In this document: positions 42,201 through 55,143 of the stretch, in pieces
Position numbering within the stretch: position 1 is the first letter of the stretch
Layout of the letters: the number at the start of each line of letters is the position of its first letter
Source: an uncultured SAR86 cluster bacterium
GTDB lineage: Bacteria; Pseudomonadota; Gammaproteobacteria; Magnimaribacterales; D2472
Direction: 5' to 3'
Assembly (NCBI GenBank): GCA_902547295.1
Contig: CACCNJ010000001.1
Location: 105,137-169,136, forward strand
Length of the DNA: 64,000 bases
Made by a program: the position numbers and the translations under genes
Notes under the pieces: model-generated
Databases searched by the model: none
What the model was told of the DNA's origin: nothing
What the model saw: only the letters and a program-made list of their open reading frames with translations

Positions 42201-44635
42201 TCTATATTCTCATTTAAAAATAATTCAAAATAAAAATTATTTTTTGTCTCAGTATCGATCTCTCCAGTCAATTTATTTACTCTTACAAAAGAAATATCTT
42301 CTGGTATATCTTCTTTTGAAAAATCTAATTCATTTAACTTAAAGTCCATATAATTTAACCATATAGGCAGCGCTATGGTTGAACCAAATTCATTTTTTCC
42401 AAGTGAAGTAAAATCATCTGTGCCAACCCAAACTGTTGTGACTAATTCCTTATGAAATCCTGAAAACCATGTACTTACAGAATCATTAGTAGTACCAGTT
42501 TTGCCTGCAATATCCTCTCTATTAAGAAATTGTGATTTTCTACCTGCAATTCCATTTTTCATAAAATCTTTTAAATTATCCTCCATCAAAAAAGATATTC
42601 TTTCATCAATCACTCTTGATTTTTTATTAAGTGGTTCAATAAGAAAATATGGTCTATTTAAATTCATCTCAATAGTATTCAACCAAGGAAATGCACCAAT
42701 TTCTTCATATGTATTTTTTAATTCATACTCATCTTGAGAAAAAATATAATTTCCATCTCTATCTTTAATACTATCAATAAAATACATATCAGTAATAAAC
42801 CCACTATTTGCAATTACACTGTATCCTCTTACCATCTCAGCTGGTGAAAAATTACCCGATCCAAGAGCAAGAGATAAATCATTTGGTAGTCTTGATTTAG
42901 AAAATCCAAAATTCTCTAAATAGTCATGTGATTTTTTAATACCTAACTCCCTAAGTAATTTGATTGAAATAATATTTACTGATTTTATTAGCGCCTCTCT
43001 TAGTGAAAGAGGTCCATAATATTCGCCAGTATAATTTTGTGGCCTCCAGGCACTTTCAAGATTCTCATCATCGAAAACTATTGGCGCATCATTAATTAAA
43101 CTTGATAAGTTATAGCCATTTGCCAGACCAGAAGAATATATGAAAGGTTTGAAGCTTGAACCAGATTGAGGATATGACAATCTAACTCTATCAAATTTAC
43201 TCTCATCAAAATTCTTACCTCCAATATAAGCAACAACTTCTCCCGATTTTGGGTTAATAGATATTAAGGATGCCTCTACCTCTGGTATTTGATCTAAAGT
43301 ATAAAATCCATTATTAATTTTTAAATAAATAAAGTCGCCAAAATTCAAAATATCATTAAAATTATTAGGTTTTTTGTCAACTCTATCAATTGTTATCCTA
43401 TCTCTTGCCCAATTATATTCATCAGACCAAAAAATACTATTTAGCTCTAGATTTTCATTTACAGTAACTACCACATTGTCAGAAACATTTATTACTAATG
43501 CCTTCATATGAGTTTTATAATATGGGTAGGAGTCAAAAATTTTATCTAATTTATTTGATGTAATGTTTTCATCAAGATTAATTTCATTAAAATATAGATC
43601 GTTTATTAGAAAGCTAATATCTGAATTTTTAAGCAACTTTTTTTGTTCATTTGTAAAAATAATTTCATAATTGTCTGCATTTCTCCATCCATGCCTTTTG
43701 TCATATGCAAATATTTCATTCATTACACTTTCTTTTGAAACTTTTTGTGAGCTTGAATCAATTGTGGTATAGACAGACCAACCATCTTTATATGCTTTTA
43801 AACCATACCTTTTTATAACTTCTTGTCTTGCTAATTCTGCTATGTGCATTGCATCTACTTCGAACAAATTAATATTTTTTGCTATCTTAATTTCATATGA
43901 GACAGCAATCTCGTATTCTTTTTTACTTATATAACCAAGTAAAAGCATCCTTGATAAAATCCAATTTCTTCTTTGAAGAGTTCTTCTTGGATTTTTAACA
44001 GGATTTATTCTTGATGGTAATTGCGCTATTGCAGCAATTGTTGCTGACTCACTTATATTTAAGTCATTTAACTCCTTATTGAAATATGTATTAGATGCAG
44101 CCTCAATACCATATGACCTATTGCCCAAAAAGATCCTGTTCACATATAGTTCAAAGATCTCTTCTTTTTGAATATTACTTTCAAGTTCAAGGGCTAAAAA
44201 AATTTCTTTTATTTTTCGAACAATAGTTTGTTCAGGGGTTAAAAGATATCCTCTTACAACTTGCATTGTTATAGTGCCTCCCCCACCCTGACAGCCTGAA
44301 GGACTTAAACATCTTATAAATGATCTTATTAGCCCTGAATAACTTATTCCCTGATGATCAAAGAAGTTATCATCCTCGGCAGCTAAGAAAGCAAACTTAA
44401 TGTTGTCAGGAATTTCTTCAAATCCTGTAGATCTTCTCTTAATTTCACCAAATTCGCCAATAAGAACTCCATCTTTAGAGTATATTTTTAATGGCATCTG
44501 GAGCTCAGATTCATCAACGTACTTAATTTCTGGTAAGCTTGGTTTGATTATAAGATATGTTCCAATAATTAAAAAAATTGAAATTAGTGAAGCAAAAATC
44601 CCAAAATAAAATAAATTTTTTATAAATTTTTGCAT
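42197..44635 (-). CDS. mrcA: penicillin-binding protein 1A (bifunctional transglycosylase/transpeptidase)
   Basis: 812 aa with GT51 motifs EDDNFFDHQGI and RKIKEIFLALELE, and transpeptidase motifs SGSSFKP (SxxK), SVN and KTGTTND. Confidence 0.93.
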   Translation of the reverse strand: MQKFIKNLFYFGIFASLISIFLIIGTYLIIKPSLPEIKYVDESELQMPLKIYSKDGVLIGEFGEIKRRSTGFEEIPDNIKFAFLAAEDDNFFDHQGISYSGLIRSFIRCLSPSGCQGGGGTITMQVVRGYLLTPEQTIVRKIKEIFLALELESNIQKEEIFELYVNRIFLGNRSYGIEAASNTYFNKELNDLNISESATIAAIAQLPSRINPVKNPRRTLQRRNWILSRMLLLGYISKKEYEIAVSYEIKIAKNINLFEVDAMHIAELARQEVIKRYGLKAYKDGWSVYTTIDSSSQKVSKESVMNEIFAYDKRHGWRNADNYEIIFTNEQKKLLKNSDISFLINDLYFNEINLDENITSNKLDKIFDSYPYYKTHMKALVINVSDNVVVTVNENLELNSIFWSDEYNWARDRITIDRVDKKPNNFNDILNFGDFIYLKINNGFYTLDQIPEVEASLISINPKSGEVVAYIGGKNFDESKFDRVRLSYPQSGSSFKPFIYSSGLANGYNLSSLINDAPIVFDDENLESAWRPQNYTGEYYGPLSLREALIKSVNIISIKLLRELGIKKSHDYLENFGFSKSRLPNDLSLALGSGNFSPAEMVRGYSVIANSGFITDMYFIDSIKDRDGNYIFSQDEYELKNTYEEIGAFPWLNTIEMNLNRPYFLIEPLNKKSRVIDERISFLMEDNLKDFMKNGIAGRKSQFLNREDIAGKTGTTNDSVSTWFSGFHKELVTTVWVGTDDFTSLGKNEFGSTIALPIWLNYMDFKLNELDFSKEDIPEDISFVRVNKLTGEIDTETKNNFYFELFLNENID

Positions 44636-44703
44636 AGTGTATTTTAAGTCTTAAATTTTAATGAATACAAATATTTATAATTAAAAAAAGTGTATTTTTA
44701 AGT
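44636..44703. repeat. direct repeat AGTGTATTTTAAGT (44636-44649) / AGTGTATTTTTAAGT (44689-44703) bracketing the mrcA-aroK spacer
   Basis: Read directly. The first copy abuts the mrcA start codon; the second ends 4 nt before the aroK ORF ATG. Confidence 0.5.
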
Positions 44704-44707
44704 TTAA

Positions 44708-45241
44708 ATGTTAAAATCTCGGCTTAAATTATTAACTATGAATATTTTTATTGTTGGTCCCATGGGTTCTGGTAAGTCTACCGTCGGTAAAATTATATCT
44801 GATGAACTATTTTTTGATTTTTATGATACAGACGATGAGATTGAGAATAGAACTGGAGCTTCAATTGATTGGATATTTGACCTTGAAGGTGAAGATGGGT
44901 TTAGAAAAAGAGAAACTAGCATTTTAAAGGAAATGGTAGAACAAAATTCAATAGTTCTCTCTACAGGAGGTGGAATCGTTTTATTAAGTGCAAACAGGGA
45001 ATTATTATCATCTAGAGGAACAGTTTTCTATCTTTCTACCCCAATATCAGTTCAAGTCGAAAGAACATCAAAAGATAAAGATAGGCCATTATTAAAAAAT
45101 GGAAATCCTGAAGTAATACTTTCAAAATTAAATGAAGAAAGAAAAGATTTGTATGAGTCTGTTTCAGATCATATTGTCGAAACTGAAAATAAATCAAGTC
45201 AGGAAGTTGCAGCTGAAATAATTAATTTAATTAAAGGGTGA
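44708..45241 (+). CDS. aroK: shikimate kinase
   Basis: 177 aa with P-loop NIFIVGPMGSGKSTVG. The true start may be the ATG at 44738 (MNIFIVGP...). Confidence 0.93.
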   Translation: MLKSRLKLLTMNIFIVGPMGSGKSTVGKIISDELFFDFYDTDDEIENRTGASIDWIFDLEGEDGFRKRETSILKEMVEQNSIVLSTGGGIVLLSANRELLSSRGTVFYLSTPISVQVERTSKDKDRPLLKNGNPEVILSKLNEERKDLYESVSDHIVETENKSSQEVAAEIINLIKG

Positions 45242-46308
45242 CTATGACAATTTTATCCGCTGGAAGAGGTACAACCAAATATAATATTCATATTTATGAT
45301 AAAAAACTTCCAAAAAATGCCATTGATAATCATATAGGTAAAAATAATAAAATATTAATTATCACTGATTCTGGCGTCCCAAAAAAATTTTTAGATGAAC
45401 TTAAAAAAAATATCAAAAATAACAACTTATATTTTCTTATTTTACAAAATGGAGAGAGATCTAAATCATTTATTACTTACCAAAAAATAATAAATAAATT
45501 AATTCAATATAAATTTGACCGATCAGATCTTTTAATTGCATTTGGCGGAGGTGTTGTTGGGGATATTACTGGATTCGTAGCTTCTTCTTATTTAAGAGGT
45601 ATAAAATATATTCAAATACCAACAACTCTATTGGCACAAGTTGATTCTTCTGTTGGTGGAAAAACAGCTATCAACGTTAAAGAAGGTAAAAATCTCATTG
45701 GAGCATTTTATAATCCACATTTAGTTTTAATTTCAACATATTTTTTAAGCACTTTGTCTGAAAGAGAATTCAAATCAGGATTGGGAGAAGTAGTAAAATA
45801 TGCACTTATTGGTAACAAAAAATTAAAAAAAATTATAGAGAAAAATCCGATCGAAATAATTCAAAGAAAAAGTTCAATTCTAAAAGTTATCATTGAAGAA
45901 TCTATAAAGACAAAGTCAAAAATTGTTACTCAAGATGAACGAGAATCAGGCATTAGAGCCATTTTAAATTTTGGACATACTTTTGGTCATGCAATTGAAG
46001 CAAAGAACAACTATAAAAAAATTACTCATGGAGCAGCAATCACTCTAGGCATGGTGATTGCGTCAAAGCTATCATTTTACGAGGGACATATTGAAGATTA
46101 TCAGTTAGACAATGTTATAAACATGATTGAATCCCTTGGACTAAATACAGATCATAGCAAATATAGTTACTCTAAATTAAAAAAATATATGGCATCAGAT
46201 AAAAAAGTTAAGGATGGGAAACTTAATTTAATTTTAATAGATAAAAAATTTAATGCCTTTAAAACTTCAAAATATAATATCAAAAATATCACAAGAGCCC
46301 TGGATTAA
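45238..46308 (+). CDS. aroB: 3-dehydroquinate synthase
   Basis: 356 aa with GGGVVGDITGFVA, DSSVGGKTAIN and NFGHTFGHAIE. Confidence 0.94.
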   Translation: MTMTILSAGRGTTKYNIHIYDKKLPKNAIDNHIGKNNKILIITDSGVPKKFLDELKKNIKNNNLYFLILQNGERSKSFITYQKIINKLIQYKFDRSDLLIAFGGGVVGDITGFVASSYLRGIKYIQIPTTLLAQVDSSVGGKTAINVKEGKNLIGAFYNPHLVLISTYFLSTLSEREFKSGLGEVVKYALIGNKKLKKIIEKNPIEIIQRKSSILKVIIEESIKTKSKIVTQDERESGIRAILNFGHTFGHAIEAKNNYKKITHGAAITLGMVIASKLSFYEGHIEDYQLDNVINMIESLGLNTDHSKYSYSKLKKYMASDKKVKDGKLNLILIDKKFNAFKTSKYNIKNITRALD

Positions 46309-49300
46309 GCAGCGCTTGCAGTTGTTGCTTTTAATAAATCCTGAATATTTGTAGCTGCTGGCACTACAAGCCAAAAATGACTTTCAAATTTGTCAAAGTC
46401 ATCTATTATTTCCTTTGCCTTTTTGCTTTTAGTATATTTATAGTGATTACTTAGAATTTCTTTTAAATGCTTTCTATATGGCTGCATTTCTTCAGTAGTT
46501 ATTCTTTCTAATCCAACTAATCCTCTATTACATTTGTCGAAGAATGTCCTATTTTCGTCAAGTACATATGCAAAACCTCCTGTCATGCCTGCTGCAAAAT
46601 TTAATCCAACATCACCAAGAATAGTTACATGACCACCAGTCATATACTCACAGCAATGATCCCCAGCACCTTCAATAACTGCTTTAGCTCCTGAATTTCT
46701 TACCGCAAACCTTTCTCCAACTGAACCAGATATATAAACTTCCCCACCAGTTGCTCCATAAAGACATGTATTACCAGCAAGAATGGTTGTTTCATCATTG
46801 ATAGCAAAATCAGCATCATTTTTGATAATTATTTTTCCTCCATTCATGCCTTTTCCAACATAATCGTTAGCATCACCATTAAGAGTAATATTTAATCCGC
46901 TAGCATTCCAACATCCAAAACTTTGTCCAGCAGACCCCATAAAGTTAAGATTTAAGCTGCCTGATAGTCCATCTTCACCATATCTAGATGCGATTTCTCC
47001 TGAAATATTTGCACCGACAGATCGGTCTGTATTTGAAATGTTATAACTAAAACTTCCTTTTTTATCTTTATCAATAATATCTTTCACATCAGACAATATC
47101 TTTCTAGATAAATCTGCTTTATCCCAAGGGTTATTTTTTGGTACTTTGCAAAAATTAGATTCTTTATTGTTTAAATCTGAATATAAAATTGGAGATAGAT
47201 CAATATTTTTTAGATAGTCTTCAATTTCGTCCAATTGATATAAGTAGTGTGTCTTACCAATAATATCTTCAAGTTGTTTTACACCTAACTCAGATAAATA
47301 TTTTCTTACATCATTGGCAATAAAGTTAAAGTAATTTATTACTCTCTCTTTTTCGCCAATAAAATGTTGATTAATTAAGTCTTTTCTTTGTGTGGCTACT
47401 CCAGTTGCACAATTATTTAAATGGCAGATTCTTAGATACTTACATCCCATTGCTATCATTGGTCCTGTTCCAAAACCAAATGATTCTGCACCAAGCATTG
47501 CAGCTTTAATAACATCAAGACCAGTTTTCATTCCACCATCAGCTTGCAGCCTAATTTTGTGACGAAGTCCACTGTCTCTTAGACTTTGATGAGCCTCTGC
47601 CAAACCGAGCTCCCAAGGTGATCCTGCATATCTTATTGAAGTAAGTGGACTCGCGCCTGTTCCACCATCATGACCAGAAATAGTGATTAAGTCAGCGTAT
47701 GCTTTTGCTACGCCTGATGCAATAGTTCCCACACCTGGTTCTGAGACAAGTTTTACAGATACAAGAGCTTTAGAATTAACTTGCTTAAGGTCAAAAATCA
47801 ATTGTGCTAAGTCCTCAATCGAGTAAATATCATGATGTGGAGGTGGAGAAATTAAGGTAACTCCAGGAGTTGAATACCTCAATTTAGCAATCAAGCTATC
47901 AACTTTTCCGCCAGGTAATTGACCTCCCTCACCAGGTTTTGCTCCTTGTGCAATTTTTATTTGTAATACTTCAGCATTAACTAAATAATGTGGTGTTACT
48001 CCAAATCTTCCAGAAGCGACTTGTTTAATTTTCGACATTTTTAATGTGTCATATCTTTCTTTTGCTTCACCCCCTTCACCAGAATTTGATCTCGATCCAA
48101 GCGAATTCATTGCCTCTGCTAATGTTTCATGGGCTTTTGGAGATAACGCACCTAGACTCATTCCAGCAGAATCAAATCTCTTTAATATTTTTTTATTAGC
48201 TTCAACCTTTTTTATATCAATACTTTTTTTAGATTTTTTAATTCCAAGGATATCCCTCAACATTGCCGGGGGTCTTTTATCAACTAGATCTGCATATTCC
48301 TGATATTTTTGGTCTGATCCAGTCGAAACAGCCTCCTGAAGTTTTTTTACAATCTCTGGATTGTATGTATGATATTCGCCACCATGAACATATTTTAAGA
48401 GTCCTCCTACACTAATATCAGATAAATTAGATGTAGCATATTCACTTAATTTTTTATTTTCATTGTCTAGATCATCAAAATTTTTACCTGCAATTCTACT
48501 TATAGAGTTTGTAAAACATAAGTCAATAACATCATTGTTGAGTCCAACTATTTCAAATAACTGTGAGCCTCTATAACTAGAAATTGATGATATACCCATC
48601 TTTGAAATTATTTTTAATAAACCTTTATTAACTCCTTTTCTATATCTAGCACAATTTTCATGTGGCATTCCTTTAATCTCATTTCTATCGGAAAGATCAA
48701 GAATTGTTTGATACGCAAGTGATGGATATACAGCAGTTGCACCAAAACCTATAAGGCATGCAATTTGATGTGTATCTCTAGCAGATGATGTTGATATAAC
48801 TATGTTTGCATCAGATCTTAATCCAAGACTTACGAGCTTTTGATGAACACAGCCTACAGCAAGCAATGCGTTGATCGGTAAATAATCTTTGCTTGGTACT
48901 TTTTCAACGAGATGAATTATAACTTTTCCATTTTTAACTTCATTTACAACATTTTCTTGGAGTTTCTTTAGAGCTTTTTCTAAGCTGGAACTTTTTGCAT
49001 ACTCAAGATTAATTTCTATATTGCTGAAATGTTTATTGTTAATAATCGACTGTAGTTTTTTAAATGATAGTACTGGTGATGTAGTTACTAATCTTTTGGC
49101 ATGATCAGGTGTTTCATCAAATACATTAAGTTCTGGTCCATAACAAGTTTCTAAAGACATTACACTAGCCTCTCTTAAAGAATCGATAGGAGGATTTGTT
49201 ACTTGTGCAAATTGTTGTCTGAAGTAATCATATATTTGTCTGTGCATTTTACTCATTACAGCTAAGGCTGTATCGTCTCCCATTGAACCGGTTCCTTCAT

Positions 49301-50738
49301 TGGATTCAACTGCAAGAGGCTTAATTACAGAGGTTCTTTCTTCTTTATGAAGTAAAAACATTTTAGATGCTATAGATAATTCACTTCCAGAAATTTTTTT
49401 TAAGCCCGGCCCTTCATACTTATCTAAGCTAGATTCAATATAAACTGTTTGCTGTTTTAACCATTCCCTGTAAGGCAACTTATCTTTAAGAGAATTATCT
49501 ATCTGTTTTTCGTCTAGAATCTCGCCTGTAAATGTATTAACAGCAAGAATCCCGCCAGGTGAAACTCTTCCTTTTTTTATTATATTTTCGTTATTCTTTG
49601 GATTTACACCAGTTTCAGACGCAATGGTAATGATATTGTCTTTGTCAATTTGATATCTTGCGGGCCTTAAGCCGTTCCTATCAAGCATACAAACTGCCCA
49701 TTTCCCATCAGACATCACTATTCCAGCTGGGCCATCCCATGGTTCCATATGCATTGAATTGTATTCATGGAAGCTCCTTATATCAGGATCAAGCAAATAT
49801 GCATTTTGCCACGCTGGTGGCATAACCATTCTTATTGCCCTAAATAATTTTACTCCTCCATTTAAAAGAATTTCTATCATATTGTCTAAGGCAGAAGAAT
49901 CAGACCCTGTTTCATTTACCAGTTGTTTAAATTCTTGGATTTTGGGTAGTCTTTGACTTTTAAACTTTGATGATCGAGCTTTGACCCAATTTCTATTGCC
50001 TCTAATTGCATTAATTTCACCATTATGCGCTAACAGTCTAAAGGGCTGTGCTAAATGCCATCGTGGATGAGTGTTTGTTGAAAACCTTTGATGAAAAACA
50101 CAAATAGATGACTCAAATTTTGAAGATTTAAGATCTAAATAAAAATCTTGAATTGCATCAGGAAGCATTAAACCTTTATAAATAATTGTTTTTGAAGACA
50201 AGCTACAAAAATATAATTGCTCATCATCAAGATATATCTCTTCAATTAATTTCCTTGCCTGATAAAGATTGGTTTCAAATTTTTCTTCATAAAAGACTTT
50301 GTCTGTAGATTGAATATATAGTTGATAAATATTTGGCAAGCAACTTGAAGCTATTGTGCCAAGAATATCTTTATTTACAGGTACAGGACGAACAGCCTTT
50401 AGAATAAGGTTTTCACTTTTGAGAATTTTTTCAATTTTAGAAAGATCAGATTCAATTTTATTATTAGTAAATAATTGTCCTATTGCAAATTCATTTGAAA
50501 TTTCTACCCCTTGTTCTTCAGAAATAGCATTTTTGAAAAAATCTTTATCTAAATTTAATAGAAGCCCACATCCGTCGCCTGTTTTTCCATCAGCGCCTAT
50601 TGCTCCACGATGAGTCATACTTCTTAGAGCATTAATCGATTTATTGATAATTTTTTGAGATTTTATGCCGTTAATATCAGCTATTAAGCCAAATCCACAG
50701 TTATCTCTAAAGTCATCTTTTGAAAATAATTTTGACAT
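46305..50738 (-). CDS. gltB: glutamate synthase large subunit
   Basis: The track ORF runs to 50789. I prefer the ATG at 50738 because MSKLFSKDDFRDNCGFGLIA aligns with the E. coli N-terminus as recalled (MLYDKSLERDNCGFGLIA; Ntn Cys). Other motifs: LAHNGEINA, FMN domain ISGHDGGTGASP, C-terminal beta-helix GxxGxxG repeats. Confidence 0.96.
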   Translation of the reverse strand: MSKLFSKDDFRDNCGFGLIADINGIKSQKIINKSINALRSMTHRGAIGADGKTGDGCGLLLNLDKDFFKNAISEEQGVEISNEFAIGQLFTNNKIESDLSKIEKILKSENLILKAVRPVPVNKDILGTIASSCLPNIYQLYIQSTDKVFYEEKFETNLYQARKLIEEIYLDDEQLYFCSLSSKTIIYKGLMLPDAIQDFYLDLKSSKFESSICVFHQRFSTNTHPRWHLAQPFRLLAHNGEINAIRGNRNWVKARSSKFKSQRLPKIQEFKQLVNETGSDSSALDNMIEILLNGGVKLFRAIRMVMPPAWQNAYLLDPDIRSFHEYNSMHMEPWDGPAGIVMSDGKWAVCMLDRNGLRPARYQIDKDNIITIASETGVNPKNNENIIKKGRVSPGGILAVNTFTGEILDEKQIDNSLKDKLPYREWLKQQTVYIESSLDKYEGPGLKKISGSELSIASKMFLLHKEERTSVIKPLAVESNEGTGSMGDDTALAVMSKMHRQIYDYFRQQFAQVTNPPIDSLREASVMSLETCYGPELNVFDETPDHAKRLVTTSPVLSFKKLQSIINNKHFSNIEINLEYAKSSSLEKALKKLQENVVNEVKNGKVIIHLVEKVPSKDYLPINALLAVGCVHQKLVSLGLRSDANIVISTSSARDTHQIACLIGFGATAVYPSLAYQTILDLSDRNEIKGMPHENCARYRKGVNKGLLKIISKMGISSISSYRGSQLFEIVGLNNDVIDLCFTNSISRIAGKNFDDLDNENKKLSEYATSNLSDISVGGLLKYVHGGEYHTYNPEIVKKLQEAVSTGSDQKYQEYADLVDKRPPAMLRDILGIKKSKKSIDIKKVEANKKILKRFDSAGMSLGALSPKAHETLAEAMNSLGSRSNSGEGGEAKERYDTLKMSKIKQVASGRFGVTPHYLVNAEVLQIKIAQGAKPGEGGQLPGGKVDSLIAKLRYSTPGVTLISPPPHHDIYSIEDLAQLIFDLKQVNSKALVSVKLVSEPGVGTIASGVAKAYADLITISGHDGGTGASPLTSIRYAGSPWELGLAEAHQSLRDSGLRHKIRLQADGGMKTGLDVIKAAMLGAESFGFGTGPMIAMGCKYLRICHLNNCATGVATQRKDLINQHFIGEKERVINYFNFIANDVRKYLSELGVKQLEDIIGKTHYLYQLDEIEDYLKNIDLSPILYSDLNNKESNFCKVPKNNPWDKADLSRKILSDVKDIIDKDKKGSFSYNISNTDRSVGANISGEIASRYGEDGLSGSLNLNFMGSAGQSFGCWNASGLNITLNGDANDYVGKGMNGGKIIIKNDADFAINDETTILAGNTCLYGATGGEVYISGSVGERFAVRNSGAKAVIEGAGDHCCEYMTGGHVTILGDVGLNFAAGMTGGFAYVLDENRTFFDKCNRGLVGLERITTEEMQPYRKHLKEILSNHYKYTKSKKAKEIIDDFDKFESHFWLVVPAATNIQDLLKATTASAA

Positions 50739-50762
50739 ATTGTTAAAGTGTGAAGACAAACT

Positions 50763-52475
<1,713 letters not shown>

Positions 52476-52476
<1 letters not shown>

Positions 52477-53510
52477 TGAACTCAGATTCTTCATTTCTAA
52501 AAGCATTAAATAAAGAAAGTCTCCAAACACCTCCCATATGGTACATGCGTCAAGCTGGACGATACATGCCAGAGTACCAAAATGTTAGAAGAAAATTTAA
52601 AAATTTTTTAGATATGTGCAAAGAGCCAGATATATGTTGTGAACTTGCGTTACAGCCTATTAATGCATTTGAATTGGATGCTGCAATCCTATTCTCAGAT
52701 ATCTTAACAATCCCTGACTCTTTTGGTCTTGGTGTGGAGTTTATTGAAAAAGAGGGTCCTGTTTTTAAAAAACCTATTAATAACAGTAAAGATATTAAAA
52801 ATCTCAATCACTTTGATCCTGAAAGTTTAGATTATGTGTACATGGCAGTTAATAATATTAAAAACTCTCTGCCAGAAAATATACCGTTAATTGGATTCTG
52901 TGGAAGCCCTTGGACTTTAGCTGCATATTCAATAGAGGGAAGATCATCAAAAGACTTTCAGAAGACACTAAGTTTTTTAGAATCAAATCAAAAAGATGTT
53001 CATGATTTATTAATAAAATATACGGACGCATGCTTTTTGTACTTAAGAAAGCAAGTACAGTCTGGTGCTGATGTGATTCAGATATTTGATTCTTGGGCAA
53101 ATCTACTTACAAAGGATGATCTTATTGAATTTTCTTTTAATTATATAAATTCTTTGATCTCAGCTTTAAAGCTTGATCCTATAACAAAAAATATTCCAAT
53201 TATTATTTTTGCTCGAAATCCAAAATGTAACATCGAAGAATTAATTAATACTTCTGCTGATTGCATAAGTCTGTTCTGGTCAATGAATAATTTGAATTTT
53301 GAGGTAGCTAAAAATAAGGTTGCTATCCAAGGCAACCTCAATCCAAAAATTTTACTTGAAAGTGATGAAACAATAAAAAGGGAGACCTATAAAATTCTTG
53401 AAAGATTTAAAGAATATCCTGGTTACATTTTTAATTTGGGACATGGGATAACTCCAGATATTAGCCCCGATAAAATTAAATATTTAACAAATATTGTCAG
53501 AGAGTATTAG
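52476..53510 (+). CDS. hemE: uroporphyrinogen decarboxylase
   Basis: 344 aa with PPIWYMRQAGRYMPEY. Its start shares the TAATG junction with the gltD stop. Confidence 0.95.
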
Positions 53511-54382
53511 TTTTCCCACAATCTTATTAAACCCTCTTGAGTGCATGATGCAATAAGCTCCCCATCTCTTGAAAAAATAGAACCTCTTGAGAATCCTCTT
53601 GCATTTCTGGTTACAGGGCTGTCTATAGAATATAAAAACCATCCATCTAAATCTAATTTTCTGTGGAACCACATCGCATGATCCAGGCTAGCGTTTTGAA
53701 GATTTTTAGTTAGAAAGTTTACACCGACAGAATTGTTGGCTGCGCCTAGAAGTCCCATATCAGATATATACAAAAGAAAGGCCTGTTGAATTACTTGATC
53801 CTTAGGGAGAGAGCCATCTGTTTTAATCCAAGTGTTTTTATATGGTGGCATTCTCTCTGGTTTAAAATAGTTTTGGGGCTCAACTGGCCGCATCTCAATT
53901 TCCCTTTGTTTTATAAACATTGGCATATCTTCTTTTTTCATATTAAGTTCTTTAAGAATTTCTTCTCTAATTTCTTGCTCGCTTTTAAGTGATTCTGGCT
54001 CAGGAACATCTGGCATTTCAATTTGATGCTCAAGTCCTTTTTCTCTTTTCTGAAATGATATAGAGCAATTAAATATGACTTCACCTTCTTGAATAGCTTT
54101 AACACTTCTAGTAGTGAAGCTTTTTCCATCTCTTATTCGGTCAACCGTAAAAGTAATAGATTTATCCATATCTCCAGGCCTTAAAAAATAAGAATGATAT
54201 GAATGAGCAAAATGCTCTACATCAATAGTTTTATATGCTGCTATTAAAGTTTGAGCCATTACTTGGCCACCAAATATTCTCTTGTAACCTACATTTTTTC
54301 CATTCCAAGAAAATATATCCCTATCTATTTTTTCAAGCTCGAATAACTCTAAAGATTTTTTCAGAACTGATTTTTTATTCAT
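53507..54382 (-). CDS. tesB: acyl-CoA thioesterase II
   Basis: 291 aa double hot-dog protein with IFGGQVMAQTL, HSYFLRPGD, RDGKSFTTR and SLDHAMWFH. Confidence 0.88.
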   Translation of the reverse strand: MNKKSVLKKSLELFELEKIDRDIFSWNGKNVGYKRIFGGQVMAQTLIAAYKTIDVEHFAHSYHSYFLRPGDMDKSITFTVDRIRDGKSFTTRSVKAIQEGEVIFNCSISFQKREKGLEHQIEMPDVPEPESLKSEQEIREEILKELNMKKEDMPMFIKQREIEMRPVEPQNYFKPERMPPYKNTWIKTDGSLPKDQVIQQAFLLYISDMGLLGAANNSVGVNFLTKNLQNASLDHAMWFHRKLDLDGWFLYSIDSPVTRNARGFSRGSIFSRDGELIASCTQEGLIRLWEN

Positions 54383-54387
54383 AAGAT

Positions 54388-55143
54388 TTAAGTTGCGCTC
54401 AGACCTCCATCTATTAACAATTCCGTCCCTGTTATAAAAGATGATTCATCAGAGGCGAGAAAAACAGCTGCATTAGCAATGTCTTTAGGTTCAGCAAGTT
54501 TTCTTATTGGAATTTGCTGTATAAGCTTTTGTTCAATGTTTCTCTCAGGAGCAGCATCAATCATGGTTTGCACCATTGCAGTTCTAGTAAATACTGGATG
54601 AATGGAATTACATCTAACTAGATTAGTGGTTTTAGCACAGTGAAGTGCTATTGATTTTGATAAATGTCTAACTGCAGCTTTAGAGGAGTTATATGCAGAA
54701 GTATTATGTGAGGCAACAATTCCAGACATTGAGGAAATATTTATAATTGAGCCATCTCCAGATTCTCTCATTAGCTCAATAGCATGTTTGCAACCAAGAA
54801 ATACTGAATCTAAATTTACACTATGCACTAATTTCCATGTTTCGATATCGGTAGATTCAATATCACCACCATTACCAATACCTGCATTGTTAACTAATAT
54901 GTTTAGAGACCCAGCTTCATTTTTAATAAATTCAATTCCAGATATCCAGTCTTCAGACTTAGTTACATCCAAATTAATACCTTGGCAAGATAGTTCGTTA
55001 CATGTTTTTTTTAATTCGCTCTCATTAATATCACTAATAAATACAACTGCACCCTCTTCAATCATTGAATTAGCCATTTCCTTTCCTAAGCCTTGGGCTG
55101 CACCTGTAATGAGTGCTACTTTTCCTTTAAGTCTTTCTGTCAT
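54388..55143 (-). CDS. short-chain dehydrogenase/reductase
   Basis: 251 aa with TGAAQGLGK, NNAGI and YNSSKAA (YxxxK). Confidence 0.85.
   Translation of the reverse strand: MTERLKGKVALITGAAQGLGKEMANSMIEEGAVVFISDINESELKKTCNELSCQGINLDVTKSEDWISGIEFIKNEAGSLNILVNNAGIGNGGDIESTDIETWKLVHSVNLDSVFLGCKHAIELMRESGDGSIINISSMSGIVASHNTSAYNSSKAAVRHLSKSIALHCAKTTNLVRCNSIHPVFTRTAMVQTMIDAAPERNIEQKLIQQIPIRKLAEPKDIANAAVFLASDESSFITGTELLIDGGLSAT

Noticed and set aside
53484-54129. ORFs 53484-53672 (-), 53786-53992 (+) and 53938-54129 (-) around the tesB gene
   Set aside because: They are alternative-frame or antisense readings of tesB, which itself has the full double-hot-dog thioesterase II motif set. Their basic, low-complexity composition also argues against them.
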